Shown one piece after another: positions 55,371 to 63,515 of a DNA stretch of 64,000 nt. This DNA comes from Dehalococcoidia bacterium (lineage in GTDB: Bacteria > Chloroflexota > Dehalococcoidia > UBA6926): positions 88,413-152,412 of the forward strand of contig JBJKVP010000006.1 in the NCBI GenBank assembly GCA_045562535.1, given 5' to 3'. The notes below the pieces were generated by a model, which saw only the letters and a list, made by a program, of their open reading frames with translations, was not told the DNA's origin and searched no databases. A program made the position numbers and the translations under genes. Numbering within the stretch: the stretch's first letter is position 1; every line of letters begins with the position of its first letter.

Positions 55371-56903
55371 ATGGTAAAAATTAGGTACTTTTTGGGGATG
55401 ATGGCTATAGCCTCTTTATTTATTTTTGTAGCGTGTGGAGGCGGAGAAACAAGTTCAAGTGAGACGGAGACTGTGAAACCTCAAGAAACGACCTCTACGG
55501 CATCTACAGAGGCACCTGCTCAAAAGGCAGAGGAGCCTAAGAAAGAAGAACCTAAGCCTGAGCCTAAGAAAGAAGAACCTAAGCCAGAACCTAAAAAAGA
55601 GGAGCCTAAGGCAGAACCTAAAAAAGAAGAGCCTAAGGCAGAACCTAAAAAAGAAGAGCCTAAACCAGAGCCCAAGGCAGAACCTAAGAAAGAAGAACCT
55701 AAACCAGATCCAGCTCAATATGCTGGACCAAATTTGGGCTTAAATACCAACAAGGTGTTCCCAATTCATGTACCAGCAGATGCAAGTGCTAAAGCAAGAC
55801 TGGTTAGCCTCGGTATTAACGTGCCCCAGACAGGCTCACTTGAGGAAGCGAATCATGAGTTTATGGCAGGATTAAATGTAGACCCAGGTTATAAAGAGCG
55901 TTGGGTGGAGCATCAGACCAGTATAAATAGCGTATTGGGAGCCTACCCGAACTTTATGATCATAGCTTATGATAAGAGTGGAACAGACGAAGATATTCAA
56001 GCAATTGGAAACCGACTTACCGAACTTCAATGGCCTGGTGACACTAATTCTAGTATGTATGTAGAGAACTGGACCGTTGATGCTCTGAACCAATACAAAA
56101 CGTGTCTTACTTCCGGTGACACAGGGGTAAGGAGAACGTCCACAAGCAACCCGCACAGTATGTGCATTATGGAATACCAAAAGTTTCGTGCCTATCGGTA
56201 CGATGCCGGTCTTCCGACAGCAAAAAATCACGCGCAATTAGCTATCCATGATGCCCATGAATATTTCCATCATTACCAGAAAGCCCATGCTCTGGAACGA
56301 GGGTTAGACCTTGCTTCAGATCCAGACAACCCTGAGACAACGGTACAAGCTCCAAGATGGTGGATAGAAGGAGCAGCGGTTAGTTTTTCCCATGCATGGT
56401 ATAAAGCTAACTGGGAGTCTCTATCATTTATGAAAGATCAAACAGTCATGTGGTATGGCCAAGAATACGATTTAGCGACTGCTAATATAGGTACTGTAGC
56501 CACAGCTCAAGATTTCAAAAACACAAAGAAACTAGTTAGAGGCGAGTTAGAAGGACATGAAATAGGTGCTGGTTGTACTTCAGACTGGAAACTACAAGAG
56601 AGTGAAGAAGACTCTGCAACGGAAACAAGGTGTTTCTCAAGTCTACAGGCTGTTGCTTATATGGCACATCTAACCTCATGGAAAACTGTTTGGATTGACA
56701 TACCCCAAGACTATTACGATCTCGGATTTTGGGGATCTTTTGAAAAGCATATAGGCATGGAAAAACAAGAATTCTATGACGCGTATAATAACCTCATGAC
56801 ATCTGGAGACGTAAACGATGCACCACCTGAAGGATGGACTGTTCCAGAAGGTGCAATATCAGAATATGCTGACTTTTTGAAAATAGTACCTGAGTCGGAT
56901 TGA
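55371..56903 (+). CDS. lipoprotein with KKEEPK(P/A)EP linker and HExxH...E (gluzincin-like) C-terminal domain, paralogue A
   Basis: Signal and lipobox YFLGMMAIASLFIFVAC-GGG, 6 linker repeats, HDAHEYFHH...WWIEGAAVSF. Confidence 0.65.
   Translation: MVKIRYFLGMMAIASLFIFVACGGGETSSSETETVKPQETTSTASTEAPAQKAEEPKKEEPKPEPKKEEPKPEPKKEEPKAEPKKEEPKAEPKKEEPKPEPKAEPKKEEPKPDPAQYAGPNLGLNTNKVFPIHVPADASAKARLVSLGINVPQTGSLEEANHEFMAGLNVDPGYKERWVEHQTSINSVLGAYPNFMIIAYDKSGTDEDIQAIGNRLTELQWPGDTNSSMYVENWTVDALNQYKTCLTSGDTGVRRTSTSNPHSMCIMEYQKFRAYRYDAGLPTAKNHAQLAIHDAHEYFHHYQKAHALERGLDLASDPDNPETTVQAPRWWIEGAAVSFSHAWYKANWESLSFMKDQTVMWYGQEYDLATANIGTVATAQDFKNTKKLVRGELEGHEIGAGCTSDWKLQESEEDSATETRCFSSLQAVAYMAHLTSWKTVWIDIPQDYYDLGFWGSFEKHIGMEKQEFYDAYNNLMTSGDVNDAPPEGWTVPEGAISEYADFLKIVPESD
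55530..55712 (+). repeat. in-frame 27-nt tandem repeat array (about 6 units, KKEEPK[P/A]EP)
   Basis: Direct reading of the sequence. Units are cct aag aaa gaa ga[a/g] cct aag [cc/gc]a ga[a/g]. Confidence 0.9.
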
Positions 56904-56948
56904 GAAATATAATTATGGCTTGAGCAGCCGATAGGAGAGTTAAGTTTA

Positions 56949-58460
56949 ATGGTAAAAGCTAAGTACTTTTTGGGGATGATGGCTATAGCCTCTTTATTTA
57001 TTTTTGTAGCGTGTGGAGGCGGAGAAACAAGTTCTAGTGAGGCGGAGAGTCCGAAACCTCAGGAAACGACCTCTACGGCATCTACAGAGGCACCTGCCCA
57101 AAAGGCAGAGGAGCCAAAGAAAGAAGAACCTAAGCCAGAGCCTAAGAAAGAAGAGCCTAAGCCAGAACCTAAGAAAGAAGAACCTAAGCCAGAGCCTAAG
57201 AAAGAAGAGCCTAAGCCAGAACCTAAGAAAGAAGAACCTAAACCAGAACCGACACCTGCGCCTATTATTCTTCCAAGCGCTGACCTTTTTACTAATTTCT
57301 CGGCATGTGGTTGGGATTCAAGTTATGCGATTGATAACGGCTCGCTGTTTCTTTCATCGACTGAAACCCCAGGGAGTAAATCTGTTGGGAATTTAAATCT
57401 TGATTTCATACCTTCTATGGTTGGGCAGACACATTCTAATCTTAAAAATCAAACGTTAGGTTTTGCTTTCCATGACTATACCAGAACAGAAATAGATATA
57501 AATAAGTCAATACATATGGTAGCTATACCTGCAGGGAAAACGCCATTTAAGTTGGATTTAAACATAGCTGTGTCAGGGAAAGGATCAGATGGTAACTCAT
57601 GTTCGACTACAATAACGGAACAATTTACCCGTAGCGATGATTTTTATCCTAGCGCAGAACTGTCTATACCCAGCAACGCTATACCCGATAAAGACAAATA
57701 TAAGCCATTTTCAATTCCTGCACCTACAGCTCAAGCTTTATTCTTAGCTACATCGCAGAGTAACTACGACGATAATTATGGAAAAGTCCGCGTAAATAAT
57801 ACTGAAGGTTACTTTGTAAAGAAGCCCCCGAGCACTCTAAGAGTGGGTCTTTTTGGAGACGTCAAATCTGATGACTATGAAACAATTCGTGATTATATCG
57901 AAGTCCTCGCAGTGGTAGCTCCTGATTTAGACATAGCTTGGGCAAATAATATTTCAGAAGTCACGTTTCCGATGCATTTGCTTTCATGCACTGAGCTCAT
58001 AAATGAGACTATCGACCAGTATTGCAATACGTCCGGCCCATCTGGCGGATTTTCGGATCAGTGGGGCTCGGGTAATCTCGCGACAGGTTGGGGTTTCATT
58101 CGTGTATCAGATCAGGCTATGGGATCCAGACATACGTTAACCCATGAGTTGGGACATGCTGTGGGTCTTTGGCATTCTGGAGTTGGCAGTAGTAGCATGG
58201 GGCCACCCAATAACCAGGCTGGTCACTGGGCTGCTCATGATTTAATGGTTGTCGCTTTAGTTAATAATTCTGGTGTGGTATCAGGTCAAACCCGTGAAGA
58301 AATTAGAGTTGCATTTAATATAGCGAATGATGAATTACAAGGCTTTATTGACAATCCTGCTACATTGTCAAATGCACCTGATCCTGTTTGGGTTGAGCTT
58401 GGAGATAAGCTTAAGGCCCAATTCAATAGCTCATCAATGGGGAAACGGTTAGGAAGATAA
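56949..58460 (+). CDS. lipoprotein with KKEEPKPEP linker and metzincin-type zinc-protease motif, paralogue B
   Basis: Same leader as A and C, 5 linker repeats. C-terminal HTLTHELGHAVGLWH (HExxHxxGxxH) followed by SSSMGPP. Confidence 0.7.
   Translation: MVKAKYFLGMMAIASLFIFVACGGGETSSSEAESPKPQETTSTASTEAPAQKAEEPKKEEPKPEPKKEEPKPEPKKEEPKPEPKKEEPKPEPKKEEPKPEPTPAPIILPSADLFTNFSACGWDSSYAIDNGSLFLSSTETPGSKSVGNLNLDFIPSMVGQTHSNLKNQTLGFAFHDYTRTEIDINKSIHMVAIPAGKTPFKLDLNIAVSGKGSDGNSCSTTITEQFTRSDDFYPSAELSIPSNAIPDKDKYKPFSIPAPTAQALFLATSQSNYDDNYGKVRVNNTEGYFVKKPPSTLRVGLFGDVKSDDYETIRDYIEVLAVVAPDLDIAWANNISEVTFPMHLLSCTELINETIDQYCNTSGPSGGFSDQWGSGNLATGWGFIRVSDQAMGSRHTLTHELGHAVGLWHSGVGSSSMGPPNNQAGHWAAHDLMVVALVNNSGVVSGQTREEIRVAFNIANDELQGFIDNPATLSNAPDPVWVELGDKLKAQFNSSSMGKRLGR
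57108..57251 (+). repeat. in-frame 27-nt tandem repeat array (5 units, alternating two synonymous variants = 54-nt super-period)
   Basis: Direct reading of the sequence. Confidence 0.9.
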
Positions 58461-58481
58461 ATTCAAAGATAGGAGAGTTAA

Positions 58482-59903
58482 ATGATAACCTCTAGGTACT
58501 TTTTGGGGATGATGGCTATAGCCTCTTTATTTATTTTTGTAGCGTGTGGAGGCGGAGAAACGAGTTCTAGTGAGACTGAGACTGTGAAACCTCAAGAAAC
58601 GACCTCTACGGCATCTACAGAGGCACCTGCCCAAAAGGCAGAGGAGCCTAAGAAAGAAGAGCCTAAGGCAGAACCTAAAAAAGAAGAACCTAAGGCAGAA
58701 CCTAAGAAAGAAGAACCTAAACCAGAACCTAAGAAAGAAGAGCCTAAACCAGAACCAGAACCGCTTGCGCCATATGCGGGACTTGCAGTAACTTGTGAGG
58801 ACAAGACTACTCATACCTATTGCATATCTCCAGACCTAGCGACCCCTCCAGACGGTAAGCCTACCGATCCCTGGGGTACTAAACTTGATTATTCACCTGA
58901 GATATTCTGTGGTTCTGATGTAAGCGACAGGACTTGTCTTTGGTATGCAAAAAGCGTTGTCGCGACATTCCAGGAGTACGGTCTATATGCTCCTACTGAA
59001 TACTGGGTAGTCGGTGCAGATGTTGAAGCAAATCAAGTAGGTCTTGCCGGAGTTTACTGTGATCGTCGTGTAGCGAGAGACCAGGTTTGGGGGAAGAATC
59101 AAGAGCAATGTCTGGCTGATGAAAATGATCCCAATGGCTATAAAATGGAATTTTACAGGAAACTGAGTCACGGAGTTATAAACGAGGGTAATAATGGGAA
59201 CTCTGCAGCTTTGAGCGGTGACGCTCCAAATGGCTATATGAAGTATTACGCATCAGTGTCGCCTGGCTTCCATTTTCTCGATGTGGGCATTCCTATTGGG
59301 CCTGGGACGCGACATGGTGGGATATCAGGAGAAGTTGACCAGAAAATTGTTTTCCATGAGGGCTACCATTCCTTCCAAGGAGGCCACATCTTGACTATGG
59401 ATGACTATAGTACACCAGAAGATGAACGAAGCGCTGTAAGAGGCCCGACCTGGTGGAATGAGGGTTCAGCTGAGTGGATGGCGTATGTTGGAATGTTCTC
59501 AGCGTTGGAAAATCGTAAATTAGACCTTGTAACCACGGAACTGGGTATCGACTCTAAATTTTCTTTCGAAAAGGAAATGTCGGAAAAGATGAGACAAGGT
59601 AAGCTGAATATGGAGCGGAATTGCCCTGGTCAGGGGATCAAAGATCTTAGTTACTCCAATGCATGTTACTCAATGGGTAATCCAGTCGTCTATGAACTCG
59701 GTGCTTGGGCCGTTGCCTACCTACATGACAAGAAAGGTTCAGCCTTTAGCGCGGAATTTTATGCACAACTTGAAGAATTGGGTTGGGAAGGCGCATTTGT
59801 GGCGACCTTCGGAATCTCATCTGAAGACTTCTATGTTGAGTTTGATGAATTTCTTAAGCTACCTCTGAGTGAACAAATGGCTATATTGCCTGATTATGCA
59901 TAA
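58482..59903 (+). CDS. lipoprotein with KKEEPK(A/P)EP linker and HExxH...E (gluzincin-like) domain, paralogue C
   Basis: Same leader, 4 linker repeats, VFHEGYHSF...PTWWNEGSAEWMAY. The C-terminal FG.S.E.FY..F block is shared with A. Confidence 0.65.
   Translation: MITSRYFLGMMAIASLFIFVACGGGETSSSETETVKPQETTSTASTEAPAQKAEEPKKEEPKAEPKKEEPKAEPKKEEPKPEPKKEEPKPEPEPLAPYAGLAVTCEDKTTHTYCISPDLATPPDGKPTDPWGTKLDYSPEIFCGSDVSDRTCLWYAKSVVATFQEYGLYAPTEYWVVGADVEANQVGLAGVYCDRRVARDQVWGKNQEQCLADENDPNGYKMEFYRKLSHGVINEGNNGNSAALSGDAPNGYMKYYASVSPGFHFLDVGIPIGPGTRHGGISGEVDQKIVFHEGYHSFQGGHILTMDDYSTPEDERSAVRGPTWWNEGSAEWMAYVGMFSALENRKLDLVTTELGIDSKFSFEKEMSEKMRQGKLNMERNCPGQGIKDLSYSNACYSMGNPVVYELGAWAVAYLHDKKGSAFSAEFYAQLEELGWEGAFVATFGISSEDFYVEFDEFLKLPLSEQMAILPDYA
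58641..58763 (+). repeat. in-frame 27-nt tandem repeat array (about 4 units)
   Basis: Direct reading of the sequence. Confidence 0.9.
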
Positions 59904-59914
59904 AGGGTGGCTTG

Positions 59915-61264
59915 ATGGAAAGAGAATCGTCGGTCAATAAACTGTATCCTTTTCTTAGTTTTGTTCTACTCACGGTTTTTATTGCTTGTTCAAGTCCTGA
60001 CGTTGCGGATGACGAGAGTTCGCCTACATCAACGATACCAGTAGTAGAAGATAGCGCTAAACAATCTGACGGGGAACGATCAAGAAAAGAAACAGATGGT
60101 TCATCCGGCGACCGTTCGGGAAGATACCCAGAAGTGAAGCCGGCCAACGAATTTGTACCACAGAAGGTAATAGACCGATATCCCGTGTGGGCAGAAAACT
60201 GTACAGGAAGCGGCCCTGTGATGTTTACTAATTCACCGATGAGAATTGAAGATATCAAAAATCTTACTCCCTACGGCCAAGTGGTAGGAGGGCATGTTAC
60301 ACCAATAGATCACATGTATTTTGAACCCAAAGACAGATCTTTAGGAAGAGATGTTTATGAGGTGAGAGCGATTCAAGATGCAATAATCTTTGATCTTTCC
60401 TCAAGAGATTTTAATGAAGCCAACGAAACAAAATTACGTGAATTCCGGGTTGATATGGCACATACATGTACCTTTTCTAGTTATCTTGATCTCCTTACAT
60501 CTCTGACCCCAGAGCTTGAAAAAGAATGGGCTAAGTCTGAAGGGGGTAGAACAGGTCCTTGGAAAGGAATTTCCGTTAAAGCAGGTCAACTAATTGGATA
60601 TATTGGTGCTCAAACTCTGGACTTTGGGGTTTACGATTACGGGATTGAACTTCCTGGCTTCATTAACCCTTCTGCTTACGCAATGAGAGAACCTTGGAAA
60701 ATCCATACAGTAGATCCTTTCCAGTACTTCCCCACAGAAATTCGAGAAGCTTTGCTTAAGAAAATGATTAGAGATGCTGAACCACGGGCGGGGAAAATTG
60801 ATTACGATGTAGACGGTACGATATCCGGCAATTGGTTTCAGCAAGGAACAGATTGGTACAACGGTATTGATCAGCGTAAATATTGGGACGGGCACTTATC
60901 AGTTGCACCCCATGAAATAGATCCTACTTTATGGAGGATTGGGGTGGGCTCCCTGGATACTGAGGATAACAACTTTATTATATTCGGTGACCAAACTCCG
61001 CTTGAAGTTAATGTTAATTTAGAGCCTGTAACTTATGAACTCCGAAGATATTGGGTTAATATACCAGCCAAACCTGACAAGCGATGGTGGCAAGAACCTT
61101 ACGATGAAACAGATGTATATGGGGTATACATTGCTCCAGAAACTGTTGGTTATGTTTTGATCGCATTGGAAGACGAACGATTACTTCGGGCAGAAGTGTT
61201 TTTGGGCAAAGCTAAAGAGGAGATTCTTGGGTTTACTAGCGATGCTCGTTTATACGAAAGATAA
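59915..61264 (+). CDS. lipoprotein, uncharacterised family (PIDHMYF ... AGQLIGYIGAQTLDFGVYDY)
   Basis: Lipobox LLTVFIAC-SS, acidic/Ser-rich spacer. ATG 59915 (AAGGGTGG upstream). Paralogous motifs occur in 62480..63505 and 63516..64000. Confidence 0.55.
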   Translation: MERESSVNKLYPFLSFVLLTVFIACSSPDVADDESSPTSTIPVVEDSAKQSDGERSRKETDGSSGDRSGRYPEVKPANEFVPQKVIDRYPVWAENCTGSGPVMFTNSPMRIEDIKNLTPYGQVVGGHVTPIDHMYFEPKDRSLGRDVYEVRAIQDAIIFDLSSRDFNEANETKLREFRVDMAHTCTFSSYLDLLTSLTPELEKEWAKSEGGRTGPWKGISVKAGQLIGYIGAQTLDFGVYDYGIELPGFINPSAYAMREPWKIHTVDPFQYFPTEIREALLKKMIRDAEPRAGKIDYDVDGTISGNWFQQGTDWYNGIDQRKYWDGHLSVAPHEIDPTLWRIGVGSLDTEDNNFIIFGDQTPLEVNVNLEPVTYELRRYWVNIPAKPDKRWWQEPYDETDVYGVYIAPETVGYVLIALEDERLLRAEVFLGKAKEEILGFTSDARLYER

Positions 61265-62464
61265 ATGGGAACACAGAAATTGAATGCAGATGTGATCGTT
61301 ATCGGTGCTGGCATAGTGGGGTGTTCGGCCGCTCTCCATCTTGCGGAGGCAGGTATTTCTACCTTGGTATTGGAGAAAGGTGAAATCTCTGGTGAAGCTT
61401 CAGGGGTGAACATGGGAGGGCTTGGAGGAGCAGGTTGGGGCAAATCCCCCTCACTCCAAGAACATTTGACAATGGGCAGTTTGGATATTTTTAAAAGGCT
61501 CCAAAACGAGCTGGGATATGATCTTGAGTTTCGTCAGTCTGGCTCTTTTACGGCCGTCCATAATGAGGTGCAATACGCCTACGTTAAAGAACAAATACTG
61601 GAAGGGCAAAACAACGGGTTCAATCTTGAACTAATGAGTTCATATGAAGCGAGAGCACTAGAACCTGAGCTGAGTCCAGATATGCTTGGATATGTATATA
61701 GTCGTTTCAGAGGACAGGCTGATCCTTTAAAAACTACTCGGGCGTTCGGGCAAGCCGCGATTCAGGCGGGCGCGACCATAGAAACGGGTACCGAAGTCAC
61801 GTCGATGAAGCCACAGAACAAGGCGTGGAAATTAGAGACTAACAAGGGTTCCTTCGAGTCTGGATCTGTTATTTTTGCGGCTGGAGCGTGGAGTAAAGTA
61901 CTTGGGAAAATGGTTGGGGTAGAAATCCCAATTGAACCAGTGGTTGGTCAGATGTGGTCTACGGAACCTCTTCCTCCGAGAATTTTTGGAACGATTGGCT
62001 CATTTGAATCGCGGTTCCATTGGAGCAAAAATTTATATGCAGACATAGGAGCGCCTCCTGAACTAACCCATTCAAACGGCCAACGTTTGACAAGACATCT
62101 CTACGGCAGGCAAAGGAAAAGCGGTGAAATTATATTCGGTGGTGATAGAAGAAATGTTGGCTTCAACAAGACCATTGAAAGCTCCGGAATTGACGTCAAC
62201 AAAGGACATGCCACAGAGATACTACCGCTACTTATTGATCTTCCTATCGTGACTACTTGGGCAGGCCTCATGCCATTCTCAATGGATGGGCATCCGATCA
62301 TTGGAAGGGTGCCAAATAATGAAAATTTATTCATCGCAACCGGTTTGGCATCCTCAGGTTTCGGAAGAGGGCCAGGCGCTGGTATGTTAATAGCAGACCT
62401 GGTTGCAAAAGGGATTGCTAATCCTGTTTTACACGAGTCTGATTTGGCCCGATTTGCTGATTGA
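61265..62464 (+). CDS. FAD-dependent oxidoreductase, DAO family (glycine/D-amino-acid/sarcosine-oxidase-like)
   Basis: DVIVIGAGIVGCSAALHLAEAG dinucleotide motif, 399 aa, no signal peptide. Its ATG directly abuts the TAA of the preceding gene. Confidence 0.8.
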   Translation: MGTQKLNADVIVIGAGIVGCSAALHLAEAGISTLVLEKGEISGEASGVNMGGLGGAGWGKSPSLQEHLTMGSLDIFKRLQNELGYDLEFRQSGSFTAVHNEVQYAYVKEQILEGQNNGFNLELMSSYEARALEPELSPDMLGYVYSRFRGQADPLKTTRAFGQAAIQAGATIETGTEVTSMKPQNKAWKLETNKGSFESGSVIFAAGAWSKVLGKMVGVEIPIEPVVGQMWSTEPLPPRIFGTIGSFESRFHWSKNLYADIGAPPELTHSNGQRLTRHLYGRQRKSGEIIFGGDRRNVGFNKTIESSGIDVNKGHATEILPLLIDLPIVTTWAGLMPFSMDGHPIIGRVPNNENLFIATGLASSGFGRGPGAGMLIADLVAKGIANPVLHESDLARFAD

Positions 62465-62479
62465 GTTACGAAGCGCTAC

Positions 62480-63505
62480 TTAATTTTGCTCCACTGTACT
62501 CTTTAAACAGCCCGGAGCTACCATACTTGACTCGTCGTATGCTATCTCTTGTTCATGCACTATTTCATATTTTGCCATCAAATCAACTACGGCTGCTTGT
62601 ATCTGTGACTCAACTGGCTTAGCCAGACTGAGAGTAGGGCAATAACTTACTGTATTAATCGATCTAGTTTCATAATTTTCGATGTATTGAAATAAAGTGA
62701 TTTCAGTACGGCCATTAATTTTTGTACCATTCTCCATCCAGTTTCCTATATAACCAATAGCATCTCCAGCTTTAACCTCGGTACCGATTTCTACGTTGAC
62801 GCCATCGATTTGTAATGATTTATCACAGCGAATCGGGGCAGCTCCTTCCCTATCACAATCAATACTTACGATATGGTCAATGCTTACCCCCCAAGAAGAA
62901 TGTAAGGTAGGAGAGATTATGATCTCCCAATCATCTTGTACATATCCATCTGAAGGTTGCCATGTTAATTGAGTAATTAGTCCATCAATTGGAGCAACTA
63001 CTACCGTCTCTGCCGGGCCTCTGAACTCGAAAGTTGGATTGGCATAATTGTATGATTGCCCGCTCCTACTCATCCGTTTTTGACTCGCTCCAAATTCAAT
63101 AAATATTGGTAATGTTAGGCTGGTATCAAAAAGTAAATCTCCAAAAGTTCCGTCCGCCTCGTTGTAAGGTCCCAGATTCATTATTCCTAGATTATGTAAT
63201 TTAGGCATTTCTGAATTATCATATTTTTGATACTGGCCTTGTGCTTTTGCTGCCTCTGATGTGGCATTTGGCGCACATGCCATCTCTGTGCATACTAAAA
63301 CACCCATATTGGGACTTTCTTCCATACATGTACACTGGTTACAAAAATTAGAGCCTGTGTCGTTACCAGACCATCCGGCTTCTACAACCTCTCCTCCACT
63401 TAAAGTACAATTCTTTGGGGTTTCCTTAACTACTTCTGTACTTGTGCTACAACCCACCACTAGAAGCATTAATCCTGCTAAGAATATATATGTTAGATAT
63501 CTCAT
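62480..63505 (-). CDS. lipoprotein with Cys-rich N-terminal module, same uncharacterised family
   Basis: Start at ATG 63505 (MRYLTYIFLAGLMLLVVGC-STS lipobox). Contains CTLSGGEVVEAGWSGNDTGSNFCNQCTCMEESPNMGVLVCTEMAC, then SIDHIVS and AGDAIGYIG. Confidence 0.55.
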   Translation of the reverse strand: MRYLTYIFLAGLMLLVVGCSTSTEVVKETPKNCTLSGGEVVEAGWSGNDTGSNFCNQCTCMEESPNMGVLVCTEMACAPNATSEAAKAQGQYQKYDNSEMPKLHNLGIMNLGPYNEADGTFGDLLFDTSLTLPIFIEFGASQKRMSRSGQSYNYANPTFEFRGPAETVVVAPIDGLITQLTWQPSDGYVQDDWEIIISPTLHSSWGVSIDHIVSIDCDREGAAPIRCDKSLQIDGVNVEIGTEVKAGDAIGYIGNWMENGTKINGRTEITLFQYIENYETRSINTVSYCPTLSLAKPVESQIQAAVVDLMAKYEIVHEQEIAYDESSMVAPGCLKSTVEQN

Positions 63506-63515
63506 GCGGCTTCCC

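Noticed and set aside
55530-58763. Could the short regular repeats be a CRISPR array?
   Set aside because: The units are contiguous with no unique spacers, have a 27-nt period, are in frame and are translated as part of lipoprotein genes. No cas genes are present.
55455-58814. ORFs 55455..55718(-), 57013..57396(+), 58527..58814(-) and 58592..58804(-), which encode RFFFLRF/LRKKNLSQ/GSSFLGS-type repeats
   Set aside because: These are alternative-frame or antisense readings of the 27-nt KKEEPKPEP coding repeats. They exist only because the repeat lacks stops in several frames.
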